A stretch of DNA of 64,000 nt from Opitutaceae bacterium (GTDB lineage Bacteria > Verrucomicrobiota > Verrucomicrobiia > Opitutales > Coraliomargaritaceae): the NCBI GenBank assembly GCA_051252375.1, contig JBPOFY010000001.1, positions 544,001 to 608,000 on the forward strand. The letters run 5' to 3'. Shown piece after piece: positions 11,201 through 20,441 of the stretch. The translations under genes were made by a program, and so were the position numbers. The stretch's first letter is position 1. Each line of letters starts with the position of its first letter. The notes below the pieces were generated by a model, which had not been told where the DNA came from, did no database searches, and saw only the letters and a list, made by a program, of their open reading frames with translations.

Positions 11201-11601
11201 TTGCTGGGACGACTAGTCCAGGAGCTTTAAAGACGAATTGGGACGAGGATTTTGATGGTGACGGGATCTCCAATCTCATGGAATACGTTCTTATCGGTGA
11301 CCCTACGGTAATAGATATGACTATTCTTCCCGAAGTAGTGCTCAATGATCCAACTGATGACGTAGTTTTCCGATTCGAGAGGCGGACGGAATCTGTCGAC
11401 GACACCGTTCAAACTTTTTACTATTCTTCAGATTTAAAAATTTGGGAGCGCATTGAACTGACCGATGGTTTGATGAGTTCTTCGGTTGAGATTTTAAATG
11501 TAGATGCGGAAACTCAACAACTGGATATAAAATTCGGTTTCGAAGAATTAGCAGAACCGTTGAAATTCTTCGGAAAGTTAGAGGTCTATTTCAAGGAGTA
11601 G
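8293..11601 (+). CDS. Secreted GH107 endo-alpha-L-fucanase (fucoidanase): signal peptide, unknown N-domain, GH107 catalytic domain, Ig/cadherin-like, LamG-like, verrucomicrobial C-terminal domain
   Basis: RKYVFCYAEFILKDYALRYG, WTFDSA (nucleophile Asp), QRIYQAFA, VAFNN, FDDFTFGH (acid/base His) and VEGVDFWDPEG closely match the Mariniflexile FcnA GH107 sequence as I recall it. Also WKFDEG...IDEVRIY (LamG) and DFDGDGISNLMEY. Confidence 0.85.
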   Translation: METPPIAPFLLSVFSAFFVLSAQADPYPEFLYHDGFDGDGLGVNAIKGGGLISAGSSAASWSDNGEALYDNSGAAPEQRAIMYSANNFQSDTGFRLHVNYETDSIGTDGSHNLSFGLVSSDTDLANYTGFNPFQAESSVYSIGANLTTEGGAAFRGLNFSDGSSVVSLDTSGSRQQFVAGESTKVTIEVSYAGYWCYRINGEYEASGALPVDFDLTKNYHIVVYGQDDNAGKAIQSITLEKGYAQGERAAGIRGSWNCGQGDVDFLQNMKTVKSTLARLNEGSVVSAEHNAPHRLLEMIAQGLSSVGGAAIVSPVPETWGDFNDDEPDSDRFLDEVSGIRNAQLGAKIYSNSDNFTGDNAVDYQPFVDRWFDYCDTDPEVQAFIASQPYHTGIWNSVTQQYEDASAQYPNRKYVFCYAEFILKDYALRYGKYATSWTFDSAKHMVANGDKDESGIIEEQRIYQAFANAVWAGSPDCPVAFNNGRLDNDFFGVDDEFPYARSTRFDDFTFGHAHNGNNNHAALDINPDRNETVFASNYRHVTRMTATNGFVKAGGAWDWDDQVVGNYHSKLGPVSWRFSQPSAWSQAEFNQWNLEAIQAGGHMTWEGSIPRAGPPLRSWAQDLIAATDAYLAVNAFPGTPGWARKYTDLPDARVGQPYYHVLVEGVDFWDPEGDDIASVTAIADGFFSQVPSWLTITEDLNQAGDWILSGVPTEASSISYEFILEATDVNNDSGSRSVELQVIDVPNLFIAEWKFDEGVGAVVADSVSGLYEATRATGAWVAGAYGSAMEFDGSQAGLILPAGAFSEVSATNEITISMWVNGDPSQPVADTIFNARDSSDIRMLNIHLPWSTEEVIWDGGNADGYDRVRKDTIPSEYEGSWNHWIFTKNTNTGEMAIYLNGSLWHSVMGKTTEIGEIEDVVLGNDVDGGGGYSGAIDEVRIYARALSSSEVASLNASYTVRDAYNLWFDGFAGTTSPGALKTNWDEDFDGDGISNLMEYVLIGDPTVIDMTILPEVVLNDPTDDVVFRFERRTESVDDTVQTFYYSSDLKIWERIELTDGLMSSSVEILNVDAETQQLDIKFGFEELAEPLKFFGKLEVYFKE

Positions 11602-11648
11602 TTTGGTTGCGTGCTCGGGCAGTTAAGCTACTCAAGGCTCGGTTGAGA

Positions 11649-11744
11649 TTAACCGCTGAGAGCGCTGAGGACGCTGAGATGGTGCTGTTCAAACGGGTTG
11701 CCCTTTTTCAATCCTCCGCGCTCTCAGCGTGCACAGCGGTTTAA
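11649..11744. repeat. Inverted element built from 9-bp periodic units
   Basis: TTAACCGCTGAGAG-CGCTGAGGA-CGCTGAGA ... CTCCGCG-CTCTCAGCG-TGCACAGCGGTTTAA. Confidence 0.75.
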
Positions 11745-11802
11745 CAATTCCATCCTTCTCTCACGTGACGTGGAGGTGCGATATAGATGGGTGCAGCAAA
11801 AT

Positions 11803-12528
11803 CTACTGATTACCACTGACTTGTTCACTCAATAGTTCGTCGTAGTATTTGGATGAGTATTTTTCTCCTGTTTCAGAGAGCTCTTTTAAGCCTAACTCAG
11901 CCCTTTTATTTCCTGCGATTGCAGCTTCTTTTAATGCTACAGCTGACATATGACTTAACCCCTTGCGCTCTTTATTTACCTTAATCAGGAAATCTACAGT
12001 TTCAGGTTTCATATGCACGCCAAGTTTTCTCATCGATCCAACGGTGGATGATAGGAGTAAATTATGATCTTGATAGTTGAGCAATAAGTCTTGGGCGGGT
12101 TGGTGCCCTGTAGCTGCAGCATCACCTATTGCATAAGTAGCAGCCCCCTTCAGTTTTGGAATTTCCAAGGCGTATAAAAGTGCATCATATGCAAAGGTAT
12201 TACCCGACCCTGCCTGTATTCCGATCGGCGTGAAGGTTGCTCGCATTATATCTAGATTGGATCTAACTCGTTCTTCATCTTTTTTATAGTCGATGTCAGC
12301 ATATAGTAGACCTGACAGTTCTGCGATATTGTCGACAGCTTGAATGTTCCCTTGAAGTATTTGCTCTTGAAGTTTTAGGAAATTTTCTAGTGTCGGCTCA
12401 TTTAGTTTTTGTGTCTTGATCGGCGCTAGCTCTTTTGTTGGCGAGTTAGTATGACTCACTTGTTTGGTTGCGCAGCCAGCCAGTAAAAGAAGAGTTACGA
12501 TTGTGACGGTGAGAGAGAGAGTTTTCAT
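11803..12528 (-). CDS. Hypothetical lipoprotein, alpha-helical repeat-like
   Basis: Lipobox LLAGC. Visibly more AT-rich than its neighbours. Confidence 0.7.
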   Translation of the reverse strand: MKTLSLTVTIVTLLLLAGCATKQVSHTNSPTKELAPIKTQKLNEPTLENFLKLQEQILQGNIQAVDNIAELSGLLYADIDYKKDEERVRSNLDIMRATFTPIGIQAGSGNTFAYDALLYALEIPKLKGAATYAIGDAAATGHQPAQDLLLNYQDHNLLLSSTVGSMRKLGVHMKPETVDFLIKVNKERKGLSHMSAVALKEAAIAGNKRAELGLKELSETGEKYSSKYYDELLSEQVSGNQ

Positions 12529-12595
12529 CTACTTGGTGAATAAGTTATTCGTTGATTTTGAGATGTTCCATTGAAGTTTACTCAGTGATGGGACA

Positions 12596-13876
12596 TTAGA
12601 GTAAGTCTTGGAGGCTGCCGAGTTCTTCAGGGGAATCGGAGCTGAGGCGTTCGAGGGCTTCGCCGATCAGATATAAGGAGCCTGTGATGACGATGGTGTC
12701 ATCTGGCTTGCCGAGCGCGCAGGTTTGCGGGGAAGGTATGATGCTCTTGAGAGTGGAATGGGTTATTGTAAAATTGCGCTCTTTTGGTAGGCACGATTCC
12801 AGGAACTGAGTGGGCGTTGCCCGTGGTTGATTGGCTTGCACTAGATAGAGTTCGCGAGCGTGCGTGTGGACGGCGTTCATCAAACTGCGGCCACGTTCTT
12901 CGCCCAATGTGCCGGCAACGATGATGGGTTTGCTGCCGGTGCGCTTGATGAGCTTGCTTAAGTTTTCGTCCAGCATTTGAGCGCCTTCGGGATTGTGTGA
13001 GGCGTCGAGTATGAGCGTGCGGTCGGCGAGCTCAATGCGCTGCCAGCGTCCTGCCCATTCGACATGTTGTAGCCCGTCGGTTGAAGTGATGGGGAACTGC
13101 TCAGCCAAAATTTCGGTGGCGTAAATCGCGACGGCGGCATTCCAGCGTTGGAAGGAGCCCTCTAGGTTTGTTTGCGGCAATTGGCTTTCGTCGGGAAAGC
13201 GCTCGACGACGGAATAGGCGGGTGCGTTGCGTGACTGTGCAATGTCGCGGATGACTGCTTCGGCCTCGGGCGGTAGCTTGCCGATGAGGACGGGCTTACC
13301 TTCTTTTATGATGCCTGCCTTTTCGCCAGCGATCTTGGCTATGGTGTCGCCGAGTAGTTCCGTATGGTCGAGGCTGATTGAGGTGATGATGCAAAGCTCG
13401 GGGTCGACGACATTGGTGGCATCGAGGCGTCCGCCGAGTCCGGTTTCGAGTAGCGCGATGTCGACCTTCTGTTCTGCGAAGCGCAGAAAGGCCATCGCTA
13501 CCATGAACTCGAAGAAAGAAGGGTGCTCGTCTGGGTCGTTTTTGCCGAGTGCTTCGGCATGTGGGCGCAATTGCTCCGTGTAGCTGCAGATGTCCGAGTG
13601 GGAGAGAATCTCCCGATTTACCTGCACGCGTTCGCCTTGATGGACGAGGTGGGGCGAGTTGAAGAATCCAGTTTTGTATCCGTTCGAACGATACAGTGCT
13701 TCAAGCATCGCGCAGGTGGAACCTTTGCCGTTGGTGCCTGCGACGTGAATGCTGGGAAACTTGCGCTCAGGGTGTCCGAGTGCTTCGACAAAAACACGCA
13801 TGCGGTCGATGCCGTATTTAGACCCCTGATTTCTTAGCGAGTAGAGGTAGTCGCGAGTTTGTTCGTAGCTAGGCAT
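12596..13876 (-). CDS. folC: Folylpolyglutamate synthase/dihydrofolate synthase
   Basis: [46 protein letters not shown]. Confidence 0.96.
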   Translation of the reverse strand: MPSYEQTRDYLYSLRNQGSKYGIDRMRVFVEALGHPERKFPSIHVAGTNGKGSTCAMLEALYRSNGYKTGFFNSPHLVHQGERVQVNREILSHSDICSYTEQLRPHAEALGKNDPDEHPSFFEFMVAMAFLRFAEQKVDIALLETGLGGRLDATNVVDPELCIITSISLDHTELLGDTIAKIAGEKAGIIKEGKPVLIGKLPPEAEAVIRDIAQSRNAPAYSVVERFPDESQLPQTNLEGSFQRWNAAVAIYATEILAEQFPITSTDGLQHVEWAGRWQRIELADRTLILDASHNPEGAQMLDENLSKLIKRTGSKPIIVAGTLGEERGRSLMNAVHTHARELYLVQANQPRATPTQFLESCLPKERNFTITHSTLKSIIPSPQTCALGKPDDTIVITGSLYLIGEALERLSSDSPEELGSLQDLL

Positions 13877-13892
13877 CTGGAAGCGGAGAGGA

Positions 13893-14004
<112 letters not shown>

Positions 14005-14014
14005 ACACCCGCGC

Positions 14015-14875
14015 CTAGCTAGCCTTGGCTTTTTCCGGGCGGTAGAGCGCCTTGATGAGGTTGATCACACGGTCACGCATTTCGAGGCGTGGCACGATCA
14101 AGTCGATAAGACCACGGTCGAGGAGGAACTCGGAAGTTTGGAAGCCAGCAGGGAGGTCCTGTTGTGTGGTTTCCTTGATCACGCGAGGTCCTGCGAAACC
14201 AATCAATGCTTCGGGCTCTGCGATGATAACATCACCTAGCGAAGCGTAACTCGCCATGACACCAGCCATGGTTGGGTTGGTGAGGATCGAAAAGTAAGGC
14301 ATGCCTGCTTCGCTCAAGCGTGCGAGGGCGGCACTGGTTTTAGCGAGCTGCATGAGACTCAAAATACCTTCCTGCATACGTGCGCCACCTGAGGCGGATA
14401 CGATGATGACGGGAATCTTTTCTGCTGTGCCACGCTCGATCGTGCGGGTGAGCTTTTCACCCGCTGCCGAACCGAGACTGGCAGCCATAAAACGGAAATC
14501 CATTACTGCGATACTCACACGAACACCGCCCATAGTGCCGACGCCAGAAATGACGGTATCAGTTTCCTTTGTCTTCGCCTGATTTTGCTTCAGCTTTTCA
14601 GGATAGGAAGAGGTGGCGTTGAACTCGAGTGGGTCGAGGGAGCTGACACCCATGTCCATTTCTTCGAAAGTGCCTTCGTCGAGCATCGAGGCGATACGGT
14701 CGCGTGCCTTGAGCGGAAAGTGGTAGCCACTACTGGGGACGACCATCAGGTTTTCCTTCAACACTCGGTTGTAGATGATCTCGCCGGTCTTTGGGCATTT
14801 AGTCCAAAGATCTTTGGGGATGTCCTTTTTCTTAACCGTGACGGTTGAGTATTGGGGTTTTCCGAAAAGTGCCAT
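14015..14875 (-). CDS. accD: Acetyl-CoA carboxylase carboxyltransferase beta subunit
   Basis: [29 protein letters not shown]. Confidence 0.96.
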   Translation of the reverse strand: MALFGKPQYSTVTVKKKDIPKDLWTKCPKTGEIIYNRVLKENLMVVPSSGYHFPLKARDRIASMLDEGTFEEMDMGVSSLDPLEFNATSSYPEKLKQNQAKTKETDTVISGVGTMGGVRVSIAVMDFRFMAASLGSAAGEKLTRTIERGTAEKIPVIIVSASGGARMQEGILSLMQLAKTSAALARLSEAGMPYFSILTNPTMAGVMASYASLGDVIIAEPEALIGFAGPRVIKETTQQDLPAGFQTSEFLLDRGLIDLIVPRLEMRDRVINLIKALYRPEKAKAS

Positions 14876-14911
14876 AATGAGAATTAGGTTTAAAGTGAAT
14901 TGTCAGATTGC

Positions 14912-15649
14912 TCAGCCATGCCCGAGGGTGACGACTTTCAACTGGGTGGCTCCTGCGTTTTGCAGAACCTGAGCGCAGGCGTTCAGAGTCGCTCCAGTTG
15001 TAAATACGTCATCGACGAGGATGTATTGTTGATCAGGGATTACAACCGTATCGGGGGCCAAAGCAAAGGCATTTTTTACATTTCGGTGACGTTGTTCGCG
15101 GTTCAGTTTGGTCTGGGTTTGGGTGTATTCTGTCCGAATTAGGAGATTTTCGACCTTTGAGCGGTGATCTGTCGTCTCAGCCAGCATACAGGCGATTTTC
15201 TCGCTCTGGTTGTAGCCCCGCTCGCGCTCTTTGGCGGGATGTAGGGGGACGGGAACGAAGATCGAATTATCGATATAGCGTTGGTAGTAAGTTGCTTCTG
15301 CGACCATTTTGGCGGTATCTTTGAGGATGTAGAAGCCACTGTGGTATTTCAGCTCATGAATCATCGAGCGAGCCGCTCCCTTGGCTAAAAAGAGGGTTTT
15401 GCCTTGGTCAAAGACCGGTTCCAGCTCGGCGCAGTGCGGGCAAACCTTGGGTCCCGCCAGCATTCCGAAGAAAGGATAACCACAGGTGGAGCAAGCGGGC
15501 GGCGCGGAGATGAAAATATCCCGACTACAGGAACGACAGAGAAAATCGTAGGGTGAATCTTCCACCATCTCATTGCAATGCACACAAACTCGGGCGAAAA
15601 ACACATCTGCCAGGGCTCGGGCAATGGACTGAACGCTTAGGCGGGGCAT
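14912..15649 (-). CDS. comF: ComF family protein (double zinc ribbon + PRTase)
   Basis: Repeated CxxC motifs, [21 protein letters not shown]. Start taken at ATG 15649. Confidence 0.9.
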   Translation of the reverse strand: MPRLSVQSIARALADVFFARVCVHCNEMVEDSPYDFLCRSCSRDIFISAPPACSTCGYPFFGMLAGPKVCPHCAELEPVFDQGKTLFLAKGAARSMIHELKYHSGFYILKDTAKMVAEATYYQRYIDNSIFVPVPLHPAKERERGYNQSEKIACMLAETTDHRSKVENLLIRTEYTQTQTKLNREQRHRNVKNAFALAPDTVVIPDQQYILVDDVFTTGATLNACAQVLQNAGATQLKVVTLGHG

Positions 15650-15761
15650 GAAGTGGAAGGTTGGTTGTGATGCTTCGTGCGGCAATTGCAAAGCTATGCT
15701 CTTGCTGGGGTTTTCGAGGAAGGCACTGCTTTAAAGAGTGAACATTTGTTAGGTATTGGAG

Positions 15762-15828
15762 GGTGGCGGGAGCATCCTGCTCCCTTGTTCTGGGTAGATG
15801 GGCCTTGGAGCTGGAAGCTCCGGCTACC
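15762..15828. repeat. REP doublet (GTGG/GTAG type) downstream of RAYT-2
   Basis: GGTGGCGGGAGCATCCTGCTCCC ... GGAGCTGGAAGCTCCGGCTACC. Confidence 0.88.
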
Positions 15829-15832
15829 TTGG

Positions 15833-16489
15833 CTACTTTAGATGGTTTCGGATATATCGGCGAATCGCTTCCATTGCGGAATCATTACGAACAATGTGGT
15901 CATATGATTCATATTGCCAGAGTTGTCCTGATCGCGCCAGACGGCGATTGATCTGATTCGCGGTGAATGACTTCCATGAGTGAAGAATGTCGACGAGCTG
16001 ATAGCCCTTTGTGGGTCTGACGATTAAATGGACATGATTCGGCATGATGACGAATTCATCTAGATCGTAGCGTTGTCCTGTAAAATAATGGAGTGCGCTG
16101 TGGACTATCTCGGCATTGAGCGGGTCACTTAACACGCATGAGCCATTGCCCGCATGCAGAAGGTTTTCGTAGCGTTCGGAAAATAGACGGTGGTATTCGG
16201 AGCGTTCTTCTTGAGTTAGGTTGCTTGGTTCATGCGCTTGTTTCCACTGTTCGCGTTGCCGCTGTAGGTTTTCCACTACGGAAGCAGGTAGGGCATCGGC
16301 TAAACGAAAGGTGATAAAATACCACACGGAACCTTGTTCCCAATGTGGGAGATTTCCTCCGGTTCGTATGTCAATTTCGCGATGAGGATTGAAAAACTCC
16401 CAGATGGTGGCGGGAGCATCGTGCTCCCTCTCGTTGGATGCGTGGGTCTTGGAGCTGGAAGCTCCGGCTACTTTTTCGTTCTTACTCAC
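15833..16489 (-). mobile_element. REP-associated tyrosine transposase (RAYT) #2, possibly C-terminally frameshifted
   Basis: NLPHW, FITFRLADALP, VIMPNHVH (HUH), WKSFTA, WQYESYDHIVR. Ends YIRNHLK* where YI..NP is expected. Confidence 0.88.
16406..16471. repeat. REP doublet inside the predicted 5' coding part of RAYT-2
   Basis: GGTGGCGGGAGCATCGTGCTCCC ... GGAGCTGGAAGCTCCGGCTAC, near-identical to 15762-15828. Confidence 0.88.
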
Positions 16490-17229
16490 TATTTATAAAA
16501 CACCTTATCAAGAAAGAGGCCTTTGGCAGGGGCGGTGACAATGCGGTGGGTGCGTTGTTTGCTGTCGATGATTTCGCGGATGTCGTCGGGGGTGAGGCGT
16601 CCGCGGCCGACAGCGTAGAGCGCGCCGGCGTAAGTGCGCACCATTTTATATAGGAAACCGGTGCCTTCGGTATCGATGCGGATACTTTTGCCATGTTGTT
16701 TAATGGCGAGGCGGTGCACGGTTTTGACGGGATTGGGGTCGTTGTCTTTGCCGTGCGTTGCGCTGAGTGCGGTGTAGTCTTGTGCGCCGACCATGTGCTC
16801 GGCGGCTTTTTGCATTGCTTCGATATCGATTGGCAGGTCGCGGCAGTCCCAGACGTAGCGGTTGTCGATGGGGTCGGCTCGACCTAGATAGATACGATAA
16901 ATGTAGCGCTTGCCGGTCACTGAGTAGCGGGCGTGAAAATCGTCGCTGACTTTGCGGACCGATTTGATCTGGATCGTTTTGTCGAGGTTGGCGTGCAGGG
17001 CGCGGACTAGTTTGTCGCTTTCATGAGCCCAATCGGCATCGAAGTGAAAGCATTGCCCTCTGGCGTGCACGCCGGCATCGGTGCGACCGCTGCCATGGAT
17101 TTGAATCTTCTGATCGAAGATTCCGGAGAGTGCAGCTTCGATATGATTTTGCACAGCGCCGCCATTGGGCTGTCGTTGCCAGCCGTCGAAGTCGGTGCCG
17201 TCGTAGGCGCAGATACATTTCCAACGCAT
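16489..17229 (-). CDS. truA: tRNA pseudouridine(38-40) synthase
   Basis: [38 protein letters not shown]. Real start is ATG 17229; the longer ORF only translates repeats. Confidence 0.95.
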   Translation of the reverse strand: MRWKCICAYDGTDFDGWQRQPNGGAVQNHIEAALSGIFDQKIQIHGSGRTDAGVHARGQCFHFDADWAHESDKLVRALHANLDKTIQIKSVRKVSDDFHARYSVTGKRYIYRIYLGRADPIDNRYVWDCRDLPIDIEAMQKAAEHMVGAQDYTALSATHGKDNDPNPVKTVHRLAIKQHGKSIRIDTEGTGFLYKMVRTYAGALYAVGRGRLTPDDIREIIDSKQRTHRIVTAPAKGLFLDKVFYK

Positions 17230-17233
17230 GTGG

Positions 17234-17472
17234 GTGAAGAGTGAGGAGTGAAGTGTGAAATGTGAAGATTGAAGTTGAAGGTTAGGGGTTAGGGGGTAGA
17301 GGCTAGGGGGGGGAGAACGTCGAACGCTGAATAGTTGCTTGTATGTAGCGGTGGTCGTCTCGACCGCCATTGCGGCGTGTGAAGTAGGGGAACGTCGAAC
17401 GCTCAATATTGAATAGTTGCGTTGATCTCAGTATTTCATGATTCGAAGTTGAACGTTGGAAGTTCGACGTTC
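17234..17472. repeat. Mosaic of several 7-bp periodic arrays plus a GTAG hairpin in the truA/tauE divergent region
   Basis: GTGAAGA-type x6 (17234-17280), GTTAGGG-type x4 (17281-17308), GAACGTC-type half element (17315-17338), GTAG-led hairpin (17345-17373), complete inverted GAACGTC element (17390-17472). Confidence 0.85.
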
Positions 17473-17521
17473 CCATCCCTTCTTGCTTGGCATCTAATGG
17501 TTGCCTGCAAGGCTGCGTTTG

Positions 17522-18271
17522 ATGTTTGAATTAGAAACTGGGCAGTATGTGATGGTTGCTTTGGGCGCTCTCTTTGTTGGGCTCGGTAAGGGCGGACTGC
17601 CAGGTGTGGGTAATTTGACTGTGGTTTTATTGGCACTGGCATTGCCGGCGAAGGCTTCGGTTGGGGTGTTGCTGCCGATTCTTATTTCAGCGGATATCGT
17701 GGCGGTGATTGTTTATCGGCGACATGCGATGTGGTCCTATATCGCTAAGCTGGCTCCTTGGACGGTGGTTGGCATTCTTGTGGGTTGGGTCGTTTTTAGC
17801 CGAGTGGATGATGCGCAGATGAAAGTGGTGATTGGCGCGATCCTTTTAAGTATGTGCGCGGTGCACTTTTTCCGTCGTTGGCAGCGACGCAATGAAACGG
17901 AGAAAGATAGCCTGCCGCATCATCCAGCTTTTATTATTGGGACGGGAGTCATCGGTGGTTTTGCCACGATGGTCGCCAATGCTGCCGGACCGGTGGCGGC
18001 TTTGTATTTTATCGCCTCGGGTTTGCCGAAGTATGCTTACATTGGCACAGCGGCTTGGTTCTTCTTTCTGGTGAATTTGTTTAAGGTGCCGTTCATGATG
18101 CAGCTGGGTATTATCGATGCGGGCTCGATTACTTTCAGTTTACGTTTCATCCCCTATGCGCTTCTGGGTGCGGTGGTGGCACCTTTCATTGTGAAGCATA
18201 TCAATCAGAAGTGGTTCGATTTTTTGATATGGTTCTTCGTCATTATTGGCGGTCTGAAGTTGGTTCTTTAG
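17522..18271 (+). CDS. Sulfite exporter TauE/SafE family membrane protein
   Basis: [16 protein letters not shown], about 8 TM segments. Confidence 0.88.
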   Translation: MFELETGQYVMVALGALFVGLGKGGLPGVGNLTVVLLALALPAKASVGVLLPILISADIVAVIVYRRHAMWSYIAKLAPWTVVGILVGWVVFSRVDDAQMKVVIGAILLSMCAVHFFRRWQRRNETEKDSLPHHPAFIIGTGVIGGFATMVANAAGPVAALYFIASGLPKYAYIGTAAWFFFLVNLFKVPFMMQLGIIDAGSITFSLRFIPYALLGAVVAPFIVKHINQKWFDFLIWFFVIIGGLKLVL

Positions 18272-18308
18272 CACTGACATCTGCCTTCTATTTTTTAACT
18301 TATAAGCG

Positions 18309-18896
18309 ATGGCAAAATCTTCACGCAAACTATGGGCAGAATATGTGGCTCGTGGCGGTCCTTCAGCAAAGAAGGGCGTGGCTGTGTCGTCAAAATTACC
18401 GACGCCGTTTCAGGGCGTGGTTCTGGGGATCGATCCGAGCCTGCGCGGAAGTGGTTTTGCGATTTTGGACTATCGTTCTAGTTCGGACATTCGCGTGATT
18501 GAGACATGCACCTTGAAGTTGAAGCCGGCGATTTCACAGATCGAATGTTTGGGTGCGATTGGGAATCAGGTAGAGGACTTTATCGATTCACATAAGATTA
18601 AGCACGTGGCGATTGAAGAGACCATCTACGTGCAAAACTATCAGACCGCGCAGATTCTTGGGGCGGCTCGTGGGGCAGCCATTGCGGTGGCTGCGATGCG
18701 GGGATTGCCGGTTTTTGAATATGCACCCTTGCGGGTGAAGCAAGCGGTTGTCGGAGCGGGGCGTGCAAGCAAGGAGCAGGTGGCGAAAACGATGCAGAAT
18801 TTGACCGGCACTGATTTCGGTCTGCGGTTCGACGAGTCCGATGCGGCGGCGGTGGCGCTTTGCCATGCCTTTACTTGGAAGGATTTATCCGTATAA
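18309..18896 (+). CDS. ruvC: Holliday junction resolvase
   Basis: [41 protein letters not shown]. Confidence 0.95.
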   Translation: MAKSSRKLWAEYVARGGPSAKKGVAVSSKLPTPFQGVVLGIDPSLRGSGFAILDYRSSSDIRVIETCTLKLKPAISQIECLGAIGNQVEDFIDSHKIKHVAIEETIYVQNYQTAQILGAARGAAIAVAAMRGLPVFEYAPLRVKQAVVGAGRASKEQVAKTMQNLTGTDFGLRFDESDAAAVALCHAFTWKDLSV

Positions 18897-18913
18897 TCTT
18901 AGACCTATTTCTT

Positions 18914-19723
18914 ATGAGCTCTAATACTCCCCACGATCCTACGGCCGATGATCTCAGTAATTTTGAGCATCAACCGAATCAGAACTTTGCCTATGGTAGT
19001 CCGACCGATGAGGAGATTCGTCTGCAGGCGCTGAATCATACGAAGGATAAGTTGTTGTCTGTTGTGGGGCATGATTTGCGCTCAGCCATTGGCGGGGTGG
19101 TGTCGATTGTGTATATGTTGGATAAGCGTTTAGAGCAGGGCGACATGGAGGATGCGAAACGTCTGAGCGGGTTGATTCGTCGCGCGGCGTTGGATGCAGA
19201 TGATCTGTTGAAAGATTTGGTCACTTGGACTCGAAACTCAGGGCAGGAGCTGAACTTTCGATTGGAGTCGATGGATGTGGTGGAATTGGTGGAGACGGAA
19301 ATTGCGCGTTTGCAATCGGTCGCAATGCGAAAAAAGCAGCGTATTCGCTTGGAGGCATATGACAGTGGCATGATCCGAGCCGACTCGAACATGCTGCAGG
19401 CTATTTTTAGAAACTTGCTGACGAATGCTCTTAAGTTCTCTGACCACGAGTCGGACATAACGGTTCGCATTTATCGTCAACCTGGCTTATGGGAATTCCA
19501 AGTGTGCGATAAAGGTATCGGCATGTCGGCTGAGGTGCAGGATGTTTTGCTGAAGATTGATAAGCGCAAGCAAAAGCCCGGCACCTCTGGCGAGACGGGA
19601 TCGGGTTTCGGTTTGTTACTCTGTGAAGATTTCATTCAGCGTCATGGCGGGCATTTGACTTGGGAGTCGGCACTCGGGCGTGGCACGACTTTTTCTTTCA
19701 CTATTCCAGAGTTGTTGGGCTGA
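18914..19723 (+). CDS. Histidine kinase (HisKA + HATPase), no input domain
   Basis: GHDLRS H-box, [11 protein letters not shown]-box, DKGIGM, GSGFGL, GTTFSF. Confidence 0.88.
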   Translation: MSSNTPHDPTADDLSNFEHQPNQNFAYGSPTDEEIRLQALNHTKDKLLSVVGHDLRSAIGGVVSIVYMLDKRLEQGDMEDAKRLSGLIRRAALDADDLLKDLVTWTRNSGQELNFRLESMDVVELVETEIARLQSVAMRKKQRIRLEAYDSGMIRADSNMLQAIFRNLLTNALKFSDHESDITVRIYRQPGLWEFQVCDKGIGMSAEVQDVLLKIDKRKQKPGTSGETGSGFGLLLCEDFIQRHGGHLTWESALGRGTTFSFTIPELLG

Positions 19724-19730
19724 GCTTAAT

Positions 19731-20441
19731 ATGGCTGAAACGGTTTTGATCACAGGTGTTAGTTCGGGTCTTGGCCACGGATTGGCAGAAGTTTTTTTGG
19801 AGCGCGGTGCGACTGTTTACGGATGCAGTCGGCGAAAGCCTCAAGGCCTGGTCGATAAAGGAATGCGCTTTGCTTCGATTGATTTGGGTGATGCCGCAGA
19901 CGGTGCAACTACGTTGAAGGAATGGATTGCTTCAGTCGGTGCATTTGATCTGGTCATTTTGAATGCTGGGAAGCTCGGGCAGATTCGCGACATGCAGGAT
20001 GCGCCGCTTGAAGATCTGAGAGAGACGATGGAGATCAATGTTTGGTCTAATAAGTGGGTCTTGGACGTCTTGTTTGAGAGCGTCTCCATAGTGAAGCAAG
20101 TGGTGGCGATATCATCGGGTGCTTCTTTGTCGGGGAGTCGTGGATGGAATGGCTATAGCATTTCCAAAGCAGCGTTGAATATGTTGATCAAACTTTACGC
20201 AGGCGAGCGCCCGGACACACATTTCACGTCGCTTGCGCCTGGCTTGATCGATAGCGCGATGCAAGACTACCTGACGAACCTACCCGCCGATGATCGTTTT
20301 GAGCCACTGGAAATTTTGAAAGCCGCGAAGGGAACGGAGCAGATGCCCGACGGTAAGACCTGCGCGAAGAAGTTAATCGATGCCTTCCCTCGTTTGCTTG
20401 ATCTGCAAAGTGGAGGCTATGCGGATATCCGAAAACTGTAA
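19731..20441 (+). CDS. SDR family oxidoreductase (YueD/benzil reductase-like)
   Basis: [21 protein letters not shown]. Confidence 0.9.
   Translation: MAETVLITGVSSGLGHGLAEVFLERGATVYGCSRRKPQGLVDKGMRFASIDLGDAADGATTLKEWIASVGAFDLVILNAGKLGQIRDMQDAPLEDLRETMEINVWSNKWVLDVLFESVSIVKQVVAISSGASLSGSRGWNGYSISKAALNMLIKLYAGERPDTHFTSLAPGLIDSAMQDYLTNLPADDRFEPLEILKAAKGTEQMPDGKTCAKKLIDAFPRLLDLQSGGYADIRKL

Noticed and set aside
17281..17313. Telomere-like TTAGGG or G-quadruplex signal
   Set aside because: Period is 7 (GTTAGGG) and it fits the heptamer family; only two exact copies. G4 formation is not excluded but is unsupported.
17230..17406. 59-aa N-terminal extension of TruA in the ORF track
   Set aside because: It is translation of the repeat mosaic; TruA homology starts at ATG 17229.
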